IMG/VR virus record: IMGVR_UViG_3300031519_000015
Coordinates: 9,208-73,207 of that record
DNA from: a virus
Lineage: Duplodnaviria > Caudoviricetes
DNA length: 64,000 nucleotides
Strand: one strand, 5' to 3'
Made by a program: the position numbers and the translations under genes. Under the pieces are notes generated by a model. The model saw only the letters and a program-made list of their open reading frames with translations. It ran no database searches and was not told the origin of the DNA. Of this stretch, positions 38,721-48,557 are shown piece after piece; position 1 is the first letter of the stretch; each line of letters begins with the position of its first letter.

Positions 38721-40278
38721 TAGTCAATTCCTTAATTTTCATTAGCTTGTCTAGTAGATTAATTCCTAAGACATCAAATTTTACATGACCCAGTGCTTCT
38801 AAATCTGTCATTTCTAATCCTGCTATTTTTTCTGTAGAACCTTTCTGCGGTATCATTGGGCATACATTTTTAAGCTTGTCTTTAGATATTACAACTCCAG
38901 CAGCATGTTTACCTTGAGTCTTGAATGTTCCTTCTATGTCAATTGCTTGTTGGAAATATTCTGCATAGTCACCTTCAAGCTTACCATCGTCTGATATTTG
39001 GCAAAAGTCTCGCAGCTCATCCGCGCGGTTCAGCAAAGACCATCTGATAATTGATCTATCTTCATCGTCCATGTCTGCAAGTTGATCTGATATTTCGGCC
39101 TCGTTTGGTACACTCTTAGTTATAGCATTCATCTCACTAAAAGAACAAGCTTCATTGACACGAAGTACTTCTTTTATTGCACTACGCCCCCTTAGTCTAC
39201 CAAAAGTTATCATCTGGCTAACATGTTCATTACCATACGTTTTCTTTAAATATTCTATAACGTCGTCACGCTTCTTACCCGGAACATCCATGTCAATATC
39301 AGGCAGTGAAACATGACCGCCAGTATTTCTGCCAGCGTTGTAAAATCTTTCAAATATTAAGTCGTGTTCAACTGGGTCAATCTTTGTTATGCCAACTAGA
39401 TAAGAAATTAAACACCCTGCGGCAGAACCTCTTCCCGGTCCAGCCAACCATCCCATGTCTTCTTCAACGTGTCTAATAATATCTTGAACTATAAGAAAGT
39501 ATCCAAACAAGTCTGCATCTTTTATTACTTGTAGCTCTTTCCTAAATCTGTCACCGTACTGTATACGTTTAGCATCGTCGTTACCTACCTTTTTAGACAA
39601 AAACTTTTTGTACCCTTCCCGAGCCATTCTTGTTAGATACTCTTCTTGAGACATATTGTTAGGACATAAAAATTTAGGAAGCATGGGTGGGCTTAATATT
39701 TCGTAGTCTTCGCAAGAATTATATATATGCTCCAACTCTTTAGTGACTTTACCTTCTGTTACGCATTTATCGTCTTTCTGAAAATATTCTAAAACTTCTG
39801 GATCTAAATTATTATTTCTAATTTGTGCGTTTATTTTAGGTAGGGTTTTTTTTAAGGCAGAACAGAGTAGAACTCTGTGCAGAACTGCATGTTCTTTTTT
39901 AGCATAGTAGGATGGTTGAATATTATCTTTAGACTGCTGTATTCCAATTAAATTATTTTTACTGATAATGTCTTTAGCTATGTTTTTAGGTATACTTCCA
40001 TTTTCGTCTGTCATGGAAACCATTTGTATCAAGTCGTTCCAACCATCTTTGTTCTTAGCGTAAACAGTTGTGCTATCAAACGCACAGCCAATAATAGGCT
40101 TTATGCCCATCTTTTTACAAGCTTGATGAAACGACACAGCTCCAGATATAGATTTGTAGTCTGTAATCCCACATGCTGGATAGTCTCTATCGGCGCATAT
40201 TTTTGCAAGTTCATGTGGCTTAGAAAACCCTTTAAGCAAACTATAATGCGTAAAGTTCTTCAGTGGAAACCAATTCAA
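38707..40278 (-). CDS. dnaE: DNA polymerase III alpha subunit, N-terminal fragment (PHP domain plus catalytic palm)
   Basis: THYSLLKG..GITD (PHP), GPGRGSAAGCLISY, LIFERFYN, SLPDIDMD, GKHAAGVVIS, KFDVLG. All three catalytic Asp positions are present and the ORF stops about 18 aa after KFDVLG. Confidence 0.93.
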   Translation of the reverse strand: MNWFPLKNFTHYSLLKGFSKPHELAKICADRDYPACGITDYKSISGAVSFHQACKKMGIKPIIGCAFDSTTVYAKNKDGWNDLIQMVSMTDENGSIPKNIAKDIISKNNLIGIQQSKDNIQPSYYAKKEHAVLHRVLLCSALKKTLPKINAQIRNNNLDPEVLEYFQKDDKCVTEGKVTKELEHIYNSCEDYEILSPPMLPKFLCPNNMSQEEYLTRMAREGYKKFLSKKVGNDDAKRIQYGDRFRKELQVIKDADLFGYFLIVQDIIRHVEEDMGWLAGPGRGSAAGCLISYLVGITKIDPVEHDLIFERFYNAGRNTGGHVSLPDIDMDVPGKKRDDVIEYLKKTYGNEHVSQMITFGRLRGRSAIKEVLRVNEACSFSEMNAITKSVPNEAEISDQLADMDDEDRSIIRWSLLNRADELRDFCQISDDGKLEGDYAEYFQQAIDIEGTFKTQGKHAAGVVISKDKLKNVCPMIPQKGSTEKIAGLEMTDLEALGHVKFDVLGINLLDKLMKIKELTNDRG

Positions 40279-40288
40279 TACACTATCC

Positions 40289-40912
40289 TCATTCCTTATA
40301 ATAAAATCTTACATCATACTTGTTTGATGGCGTAGTATCTTTATCTGCTCTAGGTAGCAAACAATAGTTACTTTTAGCCAACGCACAACGAGTGTCTTCA
40401 ATCTCTTTTGGGTTTGTAAACAATGGGTTAATTTCAAATTCTACATTGCTTACAGAAAAATCCTGTCTAACTAATTCTAGCATCTGTTGAACAATTTTAC
40501 AATCAAAACCTTCTGCGTCAATCTTTAATTTTTTAATAGAGGATATCTCGAAATTATTAATAAACGTTTCAAAAGTCATACACTCTACTTCTTGAGCTTT
40601 GATAACTGAGCTAACAAGTATATTACGTTTTTCGCACTCTATCGTAATGGCTTCGTGTATTTCTGCAATTTTGTTACAACCACGCAAGAAAAAGGGTAGG
40701 TCATATTCTTTAATTGTTTCAGGTTCAATATAATATATAGGAATTGTACTATTTTTATCTGTTATAGCTGCTTTGACTTTTATGGTATTAGAATAATATT
40801 CTATGTTATTTAAATAAAAATCTATAGGCTCAACGTATATACCAGACTCATTATTTTCTGGTATAGTATATCTAAAATCAGAAGTACCAATATCAACAAA
40901 ATCAAAAATCAT
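40289..40912 (-). CDS. FkbM-family SAM-dependent methyltransferase
   Basis: FVDIGT, IYVEP, LKIDAEGFDCKIV motifs. Confidence 0.75.
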   Translation of the reverse strand: MIFDFVDIGTSDFRYTIPENNESGIYVEPIDFYLNNIEYYSNTIKVKAAITDKNSTIPIYYIEPETIKEYDLPFFLRGCNKIAEIHEAITIECEKRNILVSSVIKAQEVECMTFETFINNFEISSIKKLKIDAEGFDCKIVQQMLELVRQDFSVSNVEFEINPLFTNPKEIEDTRCALAKSNYCLLPRADKDTTPSNKYDVRFYYKE

Positions 40913-40992
40913 TTTTTAGGCATTGGTATTTTTTTAGGTTCAGTTGTTCTTGGACTATCCGTCAAAGGGAAACTCTTTACTGGTTTTGACAT
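40909..40992 (-). CDS. Candidate 27-aa microprotein (MSKPVKSFPLTDSPRTTEPKKIPMPKK)
   Basis: My translation. It fills the gap between the PAP2 and FkbM genes, with ATGA coupling to the FkbM start and a purine-rich upstream sequence. Below the ORF-track cutoff. Confidence 0.35.
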   Translation of the reverse strand: MSKPVKSFPLTDSPRTTEPKKIPMPKK

Positions 40993-41653
40993 TTTCTATA
41001 CCTTCCTTTATGAGTGGATATAAAACATTAACAGCCGCAACACTAGCTTCATTGTCTGAAGGAAAGTGTACGCCTTGTAAAACTCTAGCTAACCCACAAA
41101 ATTTAGCTATTTCAAAAAAATTAGATTTGTATTCTGGATACTCATCAGATAGTATATGGGCTGCAAGTTCAGCATACATTGTGTGTCCACTTGGATAGGA
41201 CGGTGTGTGATGAGTGTCTGTGTAAAGAATTTTTATATTTATATTATGATATGGTGCAAGCTGTTCTGGTCTAGCCCTATTAAAATGATATTTCAATCCA
41301 TATATATAAGGCTCAAGAAAATCATAAAATGTATAAAATTTACTCTTTGGGAAATTCAAGTTTTTATTTTCCAAGAAATCAAGAAATAAATTTATGGGGT
41401 CTTTGTCTACTTTTATAACTAAATCTATTTCCTTAGCTGTCCTATTCACAGTAGCTTTACTGATAGATGCCAACTCTCTAGTGGTCTTTGGGCTACTGTT
41501 TTTAGGAGGTGCATCAATAATTTTTAGCCAATCAATTTTTACTACATTATTTTTAATGTCATCTTGATATGACATTTTATTTCTTAGATAACCAAGGTCA
41601 TCTATATTTTCTTGCTGTCTGATAATTTGATCTATCTTATTTATTATTGACAT
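40955..41653 (-). CDS. PAP2 superfamily phosphatase / vanadium haloperoxidase-like protein (soluble)
   Basis: All three motifs present: KYHFNRARP (Kx6RP), YPSGH, RVLQGVHFPSD (Rx5Hx3D). Confidence 0.85.
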   Translation of the reverse strand: MSIINKIDQIIRQQENIDDLGYLRNKMSYQDDIKNNVVKIDWLKIIDAPPKNSSPKTTRELASISKATVNRTAKEIDLVIKVDKDPINLFLDFLENKNLNFPKSKFYTFYDFLEPYIYGLKYHFNRARPEQLAPYHNINIKILYTDTHHTPSYPSGHTMYAELAAHILSDEYPEYKSNFFEIAKFCGLARVLQGVHFPSDNEASVAAVNVLYPLIKEGIENVKTSKEFPFDG

Positions 41654-41870
41654 TATTCTTATGCTCTATAAAGTCTTTATATAATCTATGTACTAATCTT
41701 TCCCCAGCCCTACGTCTAAAACAAGGCAACAAGCCGTGTACGCACAAAAACAAACCAGCTTTTATACAACATACCCCATGACCTACAGCGAATTTTAAAT
41801 GTTGCCAGTAAGTCATATTGTTGTTGTTTAAATGATCTTTCCACTTTTTTACCAAGCTTTGCATGACCAA
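41637..41870 (-). CDS. DUF6356-like small protein
   Basis: HLNNNNMTYWQHLKFA...LCVHGLLPC resembles the H-L...Y-x-x-H...HA-x-x-P pattern of this family. Confidence 0.5.
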   Translation of the reverse strand: MVMQSLVKKWKDHLNNNNMTYWQHLKFAVGHGVCCIKAGLFLCVHGLLPCFRRRAGERLVHRLYKDFIEHKNNVNNK

Positions 41871-42568
41871 TATCTAGCCTTCCATTTTGGGCCGGGATTA
41901 GCACAGTTGTGTCTAGCTCTAAAAGATTTTCGTCTTGCTGGATTGTCTTTTTTTATCGACATATTAGGATCACCAAAATTTACTTTGACTACATTACCAG
42001 ACCCATTTTTAACGTATACGCTTCTTTTCTTAGGCCCATCAGGAGTCAGAAATGGTTTTCCTAACTTAACTTTTTTGCCTTGATACTCAGCTGCCTTACC
42101 TTGATATACCAAGGTTGTATCGCCTTTTTTGTAAATGCCTTTTCGTCTGTATGTAAATTCTTCTCCGGTTTTTGGATGTTCATATTTATACGAACCGCCT
42201 TTACCTTTTCTCAGCAATTCAAAGTCTTCTTTAGTAACCTTGCCGTCTTTGTTTTTATCAAGTCCTTTTTTTTGCTTTTCTGAAGGTTCTGACTGAGCTT
42301 TCTTCCAAGCTTCTGGATCTGGTCTATCTTTATCGCCCTTCTTGGCAGGTTTATATTTTTTGCCTTCACGTTCTTTCTTTTTGCGAATATTTTCCCAGAG
42401 CGATGCAGCGTCATGTTCTTCTACTTCTTCGCCAAAATCTTCATATTCTGCTTCTGTTGGAACATAAAAATTTTCTTCTGTCAACTCTTCTTCAAAACCA
42501 TAGGTTTCTATAGTGTACTCAATATCTGCTTGGGACATTAAAGCTTTTTTATCTTCATTGTTCTTCAT
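41849..42568 (-). CDS. Mosaic acidic/basic protein with an EF-hand-like loop and a DUF6321-like C-terminus
   Basis: DKNKDGKVTKED loop; KVNFGDPNMSIKKDNPARRKSFRARHNC...ARYWSCKAW. Confidence 0.6.
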   Translation of the reverse strand: MKNNEDKKALMSQADIEYTIETYGFEEELTEENFYVPTEAEYEDFGEEVEEHDAASLWENIRKKKEREGKKYKPAKKGDKDRPDPEAWKKAQSEPSEKQKKGLDKNKDGKVTKEDFELLRKGKGGSYKYEHPKTGEEFTYRRKGIYKKGDTTLVYQGKAAEYQGKKVKLGKPFLTPDGPKKRSVYVKNGSGNVVKVNFGDPNMSIKKDNPARRKSFRARHNCANPGPKWKARYWSCKAW

Positions 42569-43442
42569 TGTTTTGTTCCTCGTATAAATATTTTTTGACT
42601 TGTTGTAGAATACTAATAACTTTTTCTTTTGATATACTCTCTGAAAAATGATCTATTGCTCCGCGAACGACTTCGCACTCTTCTTTCCCTGTAGCTTCCA
42701 TCCAGCCAAGAAAATAATTCCAAATTCTATCTTCTAAAGTGAGTGGGTATTTTACACCGTCTGGTCTCCCAAACCTATGCCACCAGCCTAATTGTGGTAT
42801 GCATATATTCTTACCGCCATTATTTCTAAACTTTTGAGCTATATATCCTTCTTCTCCACCAAACCCTTTGAATCCTTTATGTATTCCGGGCCAATTCTTT
42901 TTTTCAAAAGATAATAAACCCATGCCTTGCATGTTTATCTCGAAAGGTTTGCCTGCCTGATAGTCTTTTTTATTTGTACTCCAGACTCCATACATATTGC
43001 CTCGCCACTTATCTTCAAAATGTGTGGAGTAATTTGTTAAGTTGTCGTACAGAAGTGGTCCTTGAACCAAGTCTTTACAGTTTCTATTGTTTCTATAATA
43101 TGTTAATAAATACTCTAATGCTTCCCTCTGCAACATAACGTGACAGTCCATTATTAAAACATATTTTCCTACAGCCTCGTTTACTATATCATATTTATTA
43201 AAACTTGAACAACGATCTCGCTTCTCTACATACCTACCTAAGCCTTTCATGGCTAGATTAACGTATTTTTTTGTAGCTTTGCCATGCTCACTGTCTGGAT
43301 TGTTATCTAATATAACAATTTCTACTTGATCAGTTGACACTAAATCGTGATACATCCTTAAGCTTTGACAGGAAAAAACTACACCATTGTAGTCATCATA
43401 ACAAGCCATGCCTATTGTTAATAGTTTATCCGGGTGCTTCAT
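42555..43442 (-). CDS. GT2 (GT-A) glycosyltransferase
   Basis: LLTIGMACYDD...IVILDN...GKYVLIMDCHV...GFGGEE. Confidence 0.8.
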   Translation of the reverse strand: MKHPDKLLTIGMACYDDYNGVVFSCQSLRMYHDLVSTDQVEIVILDNNPDSEHGKATKKYVNLAMKGLGRYVEKRDRCSSFNKYDIVNEAVGKYVLIMDCHVMLQREALEYLLTYYRNNRNCKDLVQGPLLYDNLTNYSTHFEDKWRGNMYGVWSTNKKDYQAGKPFEINMQGMGLLSFEKKNWPGIHKGFKGFGGEEGYIAQKFRNNGGKNICIPQLGWWHRFGRPDGVKYPLTLEDRIWNYFLGWMEATGKEECEVVRGAIDHFSESISKEKVISILQQVKKYLYEEQNNEEQ

Positions 43443-44472
43443 AGAATCCTATGTCAAATCCTTCCCTACTACAATCTTTTATAGTTTTTTCCATTCCGTG
43501 TTCTTTTATATGGTTCTCTATATAAATACACATATTCTGGTCTGTTTCAGGCCACTTGGTCTTGCAAAAATGACACAAATTCTTACACTTCCAGTGCTTT
43601 CTGTTATAATCTAGGGGCTTGGGGGCGATATTTTCTCTAATTTCTTGTACTCTATTTTTTAACATTTCTAGGAACCTAGATTCGTCTTCTGAGGAAAAAC
43701 ACAGGCTAAAAGGTGACGGGTCAGGATCGCCATCTTTATCTTTATAGAAGAATATGCTCATTATTCTATTGGGGAACTCTGGGTATAATTTAGATATAGC
43801 ATAGTAATACAATAATAACTGTGGATCATTCTCTAGTTTTTTGTAGTCTTTTACCTCTCCAGTAGCCCAATCCATTCTTCTTCCAGTTTTCCAATCTATA
43901 ACCTCTATTGTATCGTCGTTAATCTTGGTTACAAGGTCAATTGTTCCTTTGATTGCTAGCTGTCCTTGAACCATCTCTCCGTTGCGCTCATACTCAAACT
44001 TAGCCCAATCCTCCTCAATAGGTATATCAAAGTGGGGTTCAGGGAAGTGGATGTTTCTTAATCTGGGGTCAAACTGTCCATCGCTATGGGTTAGGAAGCA
44101 CCAAGCGGTGGTTGCTATATCTTGCCTGTCCTTGTTGGTAAAGCTATGGTGAGATCCTTTAGCGTAAGAATCTATACTTAGATCAATCAATTGGTCCACT
44201 AATTCCTTAGTGTGTAATTCTGATTTTTTGCACTTAAATTTACCTATAGCATCATCATCAACTCTTAAGAACTTTACTTTGGGCTTGTCTTGTTCATATT
44301 TTTTTAACCCAGCCAAGACCTCCATGACTTTGTGAACCATCGTTCCCATGTCAGCCTTTTTGCCACTTTTTGATTGATAGCCAAGAACATATGTTATGAA
44401 GTACTGCATTTGGCAGTATGCATAATTATTATAACTTGAAGATCTAATGTATGTTACTAGCATTGATATCAC
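43426..44472 (-). CDS. RecB/AddB-like PD-(D/E)xK exonuclease
   Basis: SSSYNNYAYCQMQYF, GTMVHKVME, KGTIDLV, EVIDWKTG, QLLLYY, C-terminal CKNLCHFC. Confidence 0.82.
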   Translation of the reverse strand: MISMLVTYIRSSSYNNYAYCQMQYFITYVLGYQSKSGKKADMGTMVHKVMEVLAGLKKYEQDKPKVKFLRVDDDAIGKFKCKKSELHTKELVDQLIDLSIDSYAKGSHHSFTNKDRQDIATTAWCFLTHSDGQFDPRLRNIHFPEPHFDIPIEEDWAKFEYERNGEMVQGQLAIKGTIDLVTKINDDTIEVIDWKTGRRMDWATGEVKDYKKLENDPQLLLYYYAISKLYPEFPNRIMSIFFYKDKDGDPDPSPFSLCFSSEDESRFLEMLKNRVQEIRENIAPKPLDYNRKHWKCKNLCHFCKTKWPETDQNMCIYIENHIKEHGMEKTIKDCSREGFDIGFYEAPG

Positions 44473-45184
44473 TCCAGATGTGTTTTTGTTCTTCTAAAAT
44501 TTTAATTAAACCAGCAACGTCAGTATCGTTATCTACAACATGGTCAAACTTAGACCAATCGAAATTATCACGATCTAGAGCAGATTCACACCTGTGGTTG
44601 TCTGAGTACACATCTCGTGTTAATCTTAGAACGATGCCACCAGCCTTTTGTATGGCATCAATCTCGTTAGGAAATCTTACATCTGGTATTAATGCTACAG
44701 AAGATTGTTCTTCTTGAATTAATTTGAGTGTATAATCTACCCATACCGTGTCTTTTATTTTTCTCATAATATCTGTTCCAAAATATTGTAAAAACTCTCT
44801 AGCTGTCATCTTATGTTTCCAACCGTTCTGGCTATATGGAGTTTGAGTATTCTTATCTTCATCAGTTCCATACACTTGTCTTGGCTCAAGATCAAATAAA
44901 GAAACAGATAAATGCTTAAGACAATCAGCAAAGTGATAAAGTTTAACGTGGGGCCACAACTCTTGTTCAGCGTATGACACAAAGTCTGTGTCTTTTCTTG
45001 TAATATCAAATATTCCCCAACCCTTTGCACCTTTAACGTCTTGAGTCTCTATTTCTAGCTCACCCTTGTCGCCAATGTCAAAGTCTGACACCATTGCACG
45101 ATCTTTAATGATACAGCCTGTGATAAAATTAGCTACTGTATTTTTACCAGCTTGCTTCCTCCCAGATATCCCAATTATTCTCAT
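44444..45184 (-). CDS. Deoxynucleoside monophosphate kinase (T4 gp1-like)
   Basis: IIGISGRKQAGKNT, HFADCLK, REFLQYFGTDIMRK, PDVRFPNE, HRCE. Confidence 0.85.
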   Translation of the reverse strand: MRIIGISGRKQAGKNTVANFITGCIIKDRAMVSDFDIGDKGELEIETQDVKGAKGWGIFDITRKDTDFVSYAEQELWPHVKLYHFADCLKHLSVSLFDLEPRQVYGTDEDKNTQTPYSQNGWKHKMTAREFLQYFGTDIMRKIKDTVWVDYTLKLIQEEQSSVALIPDVRFPNEIDAIQKAGGIVLRLTRDVYSDNHRCESALDRDNFDWSKFDHVVDNDTDVAGLIKILEEQKHIWSDINASNIH

Positions 45185-46203
45185 TAGTAAGTACCTTTCA
45201 ATTCGCTAAGTATATCTTTCTTAATTTTATAAACAGACATGTCTCCAACATCCTTATCTGATAACTTTGGAAAAGTCAGCTTATACATACGACCAAACTC
45301 TCTTTTCATTTGAACCATTGCTTCTCTACCAGCTTGATCGTTATCCATTAGTACAATTAGGTGTGTAACAGCAAGTTTCTTAATTTTATTTGACTGTTCT
45401 TTAGAAATACTTTTACCAAACACACTAACTGCATTCCTTACACCCGATTCATGTAGTTTCCAAACATCTCCTTGTCCTTCTAGTATATAAAGACAAGAAG
45501 TTTCTTCTGCCCTCTGTATTGCTCTGTGATAATTATAAAAATAATTTCTCTTATTAAATCCCGTGGGTGATATTAAGAATTTTGGCATACGATATTCTTT
45601 TATTGATCTACCTATCATGCCAACTAATAGTTCTCCATTGTCATTGTGGATAGGTATAATAGACCTTTCTTTCATTATACCCTGTTCGTGGCAATCTCCC
45701 ACATCAAAATAGTTTAAAGTTGATTTTTTAAAACCTCTACCTATGAAATAATTAGAAGGTTTTGATACTTCATGATGGAACTTTATGGGTTTGTCGTCTA
45801 AACACTTACAAGTTTGGTTCATGAATTTAATTATACTAGCAAAGTCTTCATCCTCATCTTCTATGTGTACTTCCGAAGTGAAACTAGTAGATTTAATGTT
45901 GAATTCTTCCTTCACCCATTTTAAAACATCTTTAAATTCTACATTAGTACCAGATTGATTAGATAGTGTTCCTTGTATAAGTGCAAATATATCGTTACCA
46001 TGTTCCTGCTGGCAGTCTCTTGTCCAACACTTCCATATACCTTTTTCTTGAGAGAAAGAAAAAGCTCTTGGGTTGTCACTGTTTTCGTGAACAGGACATG
46101 TTGAATAGATATTATCATTAAAGACTTCGCACTTCATGCCTAGCTTTTTAAACACAGCTTCGGCACTATTGTTAAGCTTCTTCTTGATTTGCTGTAAGTT
46201 CAT
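45184..46203 (-). CDS. dnaG: DnaG-like DNA primase
   Basis: CHC2 zinc finger CPVH...WKCWTRDC; Toprim ILEGQGDV and LMDNDQAG. Confidence 0.88.
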   Translation of the reverse strand: MNLQQIKKKLNNSAEAVFKKLGMKCEVFNDNIYSTCPVHENSDNPRAFSFSQEKGIWKCWTRDCQQEHGNDIFALIQGTLSNQSGTNVEFKDVLKWVKEEFNIKSTSFTSEVHIEDEDEDFASIIKFMNQTCKCLDDKPIKFHHEVSKPSNYFIGRGFKKSTLNYFDVGDCHEQGIMKERSIIPIHNDNGELLVGMIGRSIKEYRMPKFLISPTGFNKRNYFYNYHRAIQRAEETSCLYILEGQGDVWKLHESGVRNAVSVFGKSISKEQSNKIKKLAVTHLIVLMDNDQAGREAMVQMKREFGRMYKLTFPKLSDKDVGDMSVYKIKKDILSELKGTY

Positions 46204-47641
46204 TTGCTACTTTTTTGATAGAGTCATTGTCCACTAAACCAGTATCACCAATAGGTTGATTTTTGAATTCATTTCTAGTTCTAAGTTCTAGCAACTTTGC
46301 GTGTGCGCCTTGCATTTGCATATTAATATAATCACCGTCATCCATCCCAGCCCCATGTCTTGATACAATTGGTACTAGTTTTCTATTACCAGCTTGAGGT
46401 CCGTCCTCTGCTAATTCTTCTGGCGACTTAGCCTTAAATATACTAAACGATGTACACAGCCATATTAAACGGTCTGATCCACTTACAGCATCAGTACTTT
46501 CTTTAGTAATGCCATCTCTATTTAATTGCACAAAAGATAAACATGGTATGTCCAGCTTTACGCATAAATTATGTAAAGAAGTTATCTGAAACCCCAAAGC
46601 TTGATACTCTTGCATATTATTGTTGATAGAAGCGGAAGACATAAGCTTTAAGTAGTCATAGACAACTACGCAATCATTCGTCTTGCCCATCTCGTCTGAC
46701 TTAACCTCTTGTACTATCCATCTCTTAATTATATTTAATATTTGTTCAAACGGCTTGCCAGCTACACTCACATAGCTATATGGTATGGTAGATAGTTTTT
46801 CCACTGCCATTTGCACCTTTTCGTTTTTTATAGAATCTTCTGTGAATTTACCAGTTGCTACTTCATTGATAGGTACTCCGCTTATGTTTGCAATCAATCT
46901 ATTTAAATGATCTTCTTTAGACATCTCTGTGTCTAATACTAATACGGGTACTCCATCCGAGGATACGTTAAGGGCAACATTGTCAGCAAATACCGACTTA
47001 CCAACTTTTGGTCTTGCAGAAACAAGATCAACGCATTTTCGTCGAAGACCGCCACCAATGGCTTCGTCGTATCGCGTGAATCCCGTGGGTATACCAATGA
47101 TATCACACTTGTTTTCTTCGAGAAATTTGACATAATCTTCTATTCCTGCTCCTATCTTTTCTGGATTCTCACCACCATCATCCTCTCGTAAAAAATCTGT
47201 AACTGGATTTTCAAGTATTTGTATAATGTCATTGACACTCTCTGTCCCACTAACCTTGTCCACATCCTTGTGTATTTTCATGGTCAGTTTTTTTATTTTA
47301 CGAGCAAACTCAAACTTTTTCATCTGTATAGCAAAGCTAAATATGTTTTCCTGACTTACTGGAAAATCATACAAAGACTTTATGTAGCCTAATTCTTGCT
47401 TCGTGCTAATTTGATCAATGCAATTTAGCTGTTCTGCTGAAGCTAGCAACGTTGCTATGTCTGGGACTTGATCATTAGATATGATATCATCTATACATCT
47501 GTAAATAATTTTGTTATTTTTGTTTCCAAAACTGTCTACTGATATTAAATCTGAAACTGCAACATATGCATCTATACCGTATTGCAACAAGCCTGCAAGT
47601 ACAGCTCTTTCAGCTCCAACATCTAAGAGTTTTTCTTCCAT
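46172..47641 (-). CDS. dnaB: DnaB-like replicative helicase
   Basis: ERAVLAGLL N-domain; ARPKVGKS Walker A; LDTEMS; VVVYDYLKLM; SFVQLNRD; SGSD. Confidence 0.92.
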   Translation of the reverse strand: MEEKLLDVGAERAVLAGLLQYGIDAYVAVSDLISVDSFGNKNNKIIYRCIDDIISNDQVPDIATLLASAEQLNCIDQISTKQELGYIKSLYDFPVSQENIFSFAIQMKKFEFARKIKKLTMKIHKDVDKVSGTESVNDIIQILENPVTDFLREDDGGENPEKIGAGIEDYVKFLEENKCDIIGIPTGFTRYDEAIGGGLRRKCVDLVSARPKVGKSVFADNVALNVSSDGVPVLVLDTEMSKEDHLNRLIANISGVPINEVATGKFTEDSIKNEKVQMAVEKLSTIPYSYVSVAGKPFEQILNIIKRWIVQEVKSDEMGKTNDCVVVYDYLKLMSSASINNNMQEYQALGFQITSLHNLCVKLDIPCLSFVQLNRDGITKESTDAVSGSDRLIWLCTSFSIFKAKSPEELAEDGPQAGNRKLVPIVSRHGAGMDDGDYINMQMQGAHAKLLELRTRNEFKNQPIGDTGLVDNDSIKKVANELTANQEEA

Positions 47642-48075
47642 TATTTAGTACCTGAGCATTTGTCGCAACGATAAAACTCACCATGTACAAAGTTGGCATT
47701 TACCTTGGTACTCTTACCGCAAACATGACAGGTAACACTTTTTTTTCTAGGAGGCTTTCTGTTTCTAGGAGTAGGCTTAATTTTTGGTGTTTCAACATCC
47801 TTACCTCTACACTCGCCTTGGTCAGTCCACTGGTTTTTGCCAGCTTTTACTGGGCTTCTTCTCCTAGAAGTCAGAGAGTCTTTTTGTTTCATAGTAAAAT
47901 CTCCATCAACAGCTTCTGAAATTGGTTCTTCGTGCTGAAGTCTATCTATAGAAGGAGGATGTGTGGTAAAAGGCTTGTTTGGAACCTCTGGGTCAAAACT
48001 GCCCCCAGATAATGCTTTCAATAAAGCCCGCTTTTGTTCTTCTGTCAACGTTTTTATAAACTCATTCATACTCAT
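47641..48075 (-). CDS. Hypothetical protein with a C-terminal zinc ribbon
   Basis: CHVCG...CDKC. Confidence 0.5.
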   Translation of the reverse strand: MSMNEFIKTLTEEQKRALLKALSGGSFDPEVPNKPFTTHPPSIDRLQHEEPISEAVDGDFTMKQKDSLTSRRRSPVKAGKNQWTDQGECRGKDVETPKIKPTPRNRKPPRKKSVTCHVCGKSTKVNANFVHGEFYRCDKCSGTK

Positions 48076-48557
48076 GTTCTTTTACCTTTCTCTAATAGTA
48101 TATCTGCTTTACGTTTTAATTCATATATTTTACCGTCAAGTGCCTGTATCCTTGACTCTGCAATCTCACGATAGTGATCTACTGTTGCTGCGTATTCATC
48201 GTTTACAATTATAAGTGGTCTACGTTCCTCATATTTAGTATACTTACTAAACTGATCGTGGTTTTTTGCAACCATTTTATTTAGCTTGTCGTTACACCAA
48301 TTTAGAGCAATCTTCTGCATATTTAATTCATCTTGTAGATGTGTGGAGTAGCTATATAGTTGATACGACCAATCAAATAGTTCTGCTTGGGTAAGAGAAC
48401 TGATGGTTTCCCTATCAGCATTAGCACATCTATGCCAATCATCTCTAAACTTCTTATTAAACCTAGCATTGCTGGCATTCAAGAAGTCATCAACCATAGC
48501 TTTCAAGTCAGCCAACTGCTCACTCGCCGTTTTCAATTTGATCTCTCCATTGCTCAT
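48072..48557 (-). CDS. Helical/coiled-coil protein, possibly a UvsY-like recombination mediator
   Basis: All-helical 161-aa sequence near recA and dnaB; the UvsY resemblance rests only on size and pattern. Confidence 0.3.
   Translation of the reverse strand: MSNGEIKLKTASEQLADLKAMVDDFLNASNARFNKKFRDDWHRCANADRETISSLTQAELFDWSYQLYSYSTHLQDELNMQKIALNWCNDKLNKMVAKNHDQFSKYTKYEERRPLIIVNDEYAATVDHYREIAESRIQALDGKIYELKRKADILLEKGKRT

Noticed and set aside
43426-44472. Cas4 / CRISPR-associated call
   Set aside because: The PD-(D/E)xK core fits the common phage RecB-like exonuclease in a replication operon, with only a partial Cys cluster and no array or other cas genes.
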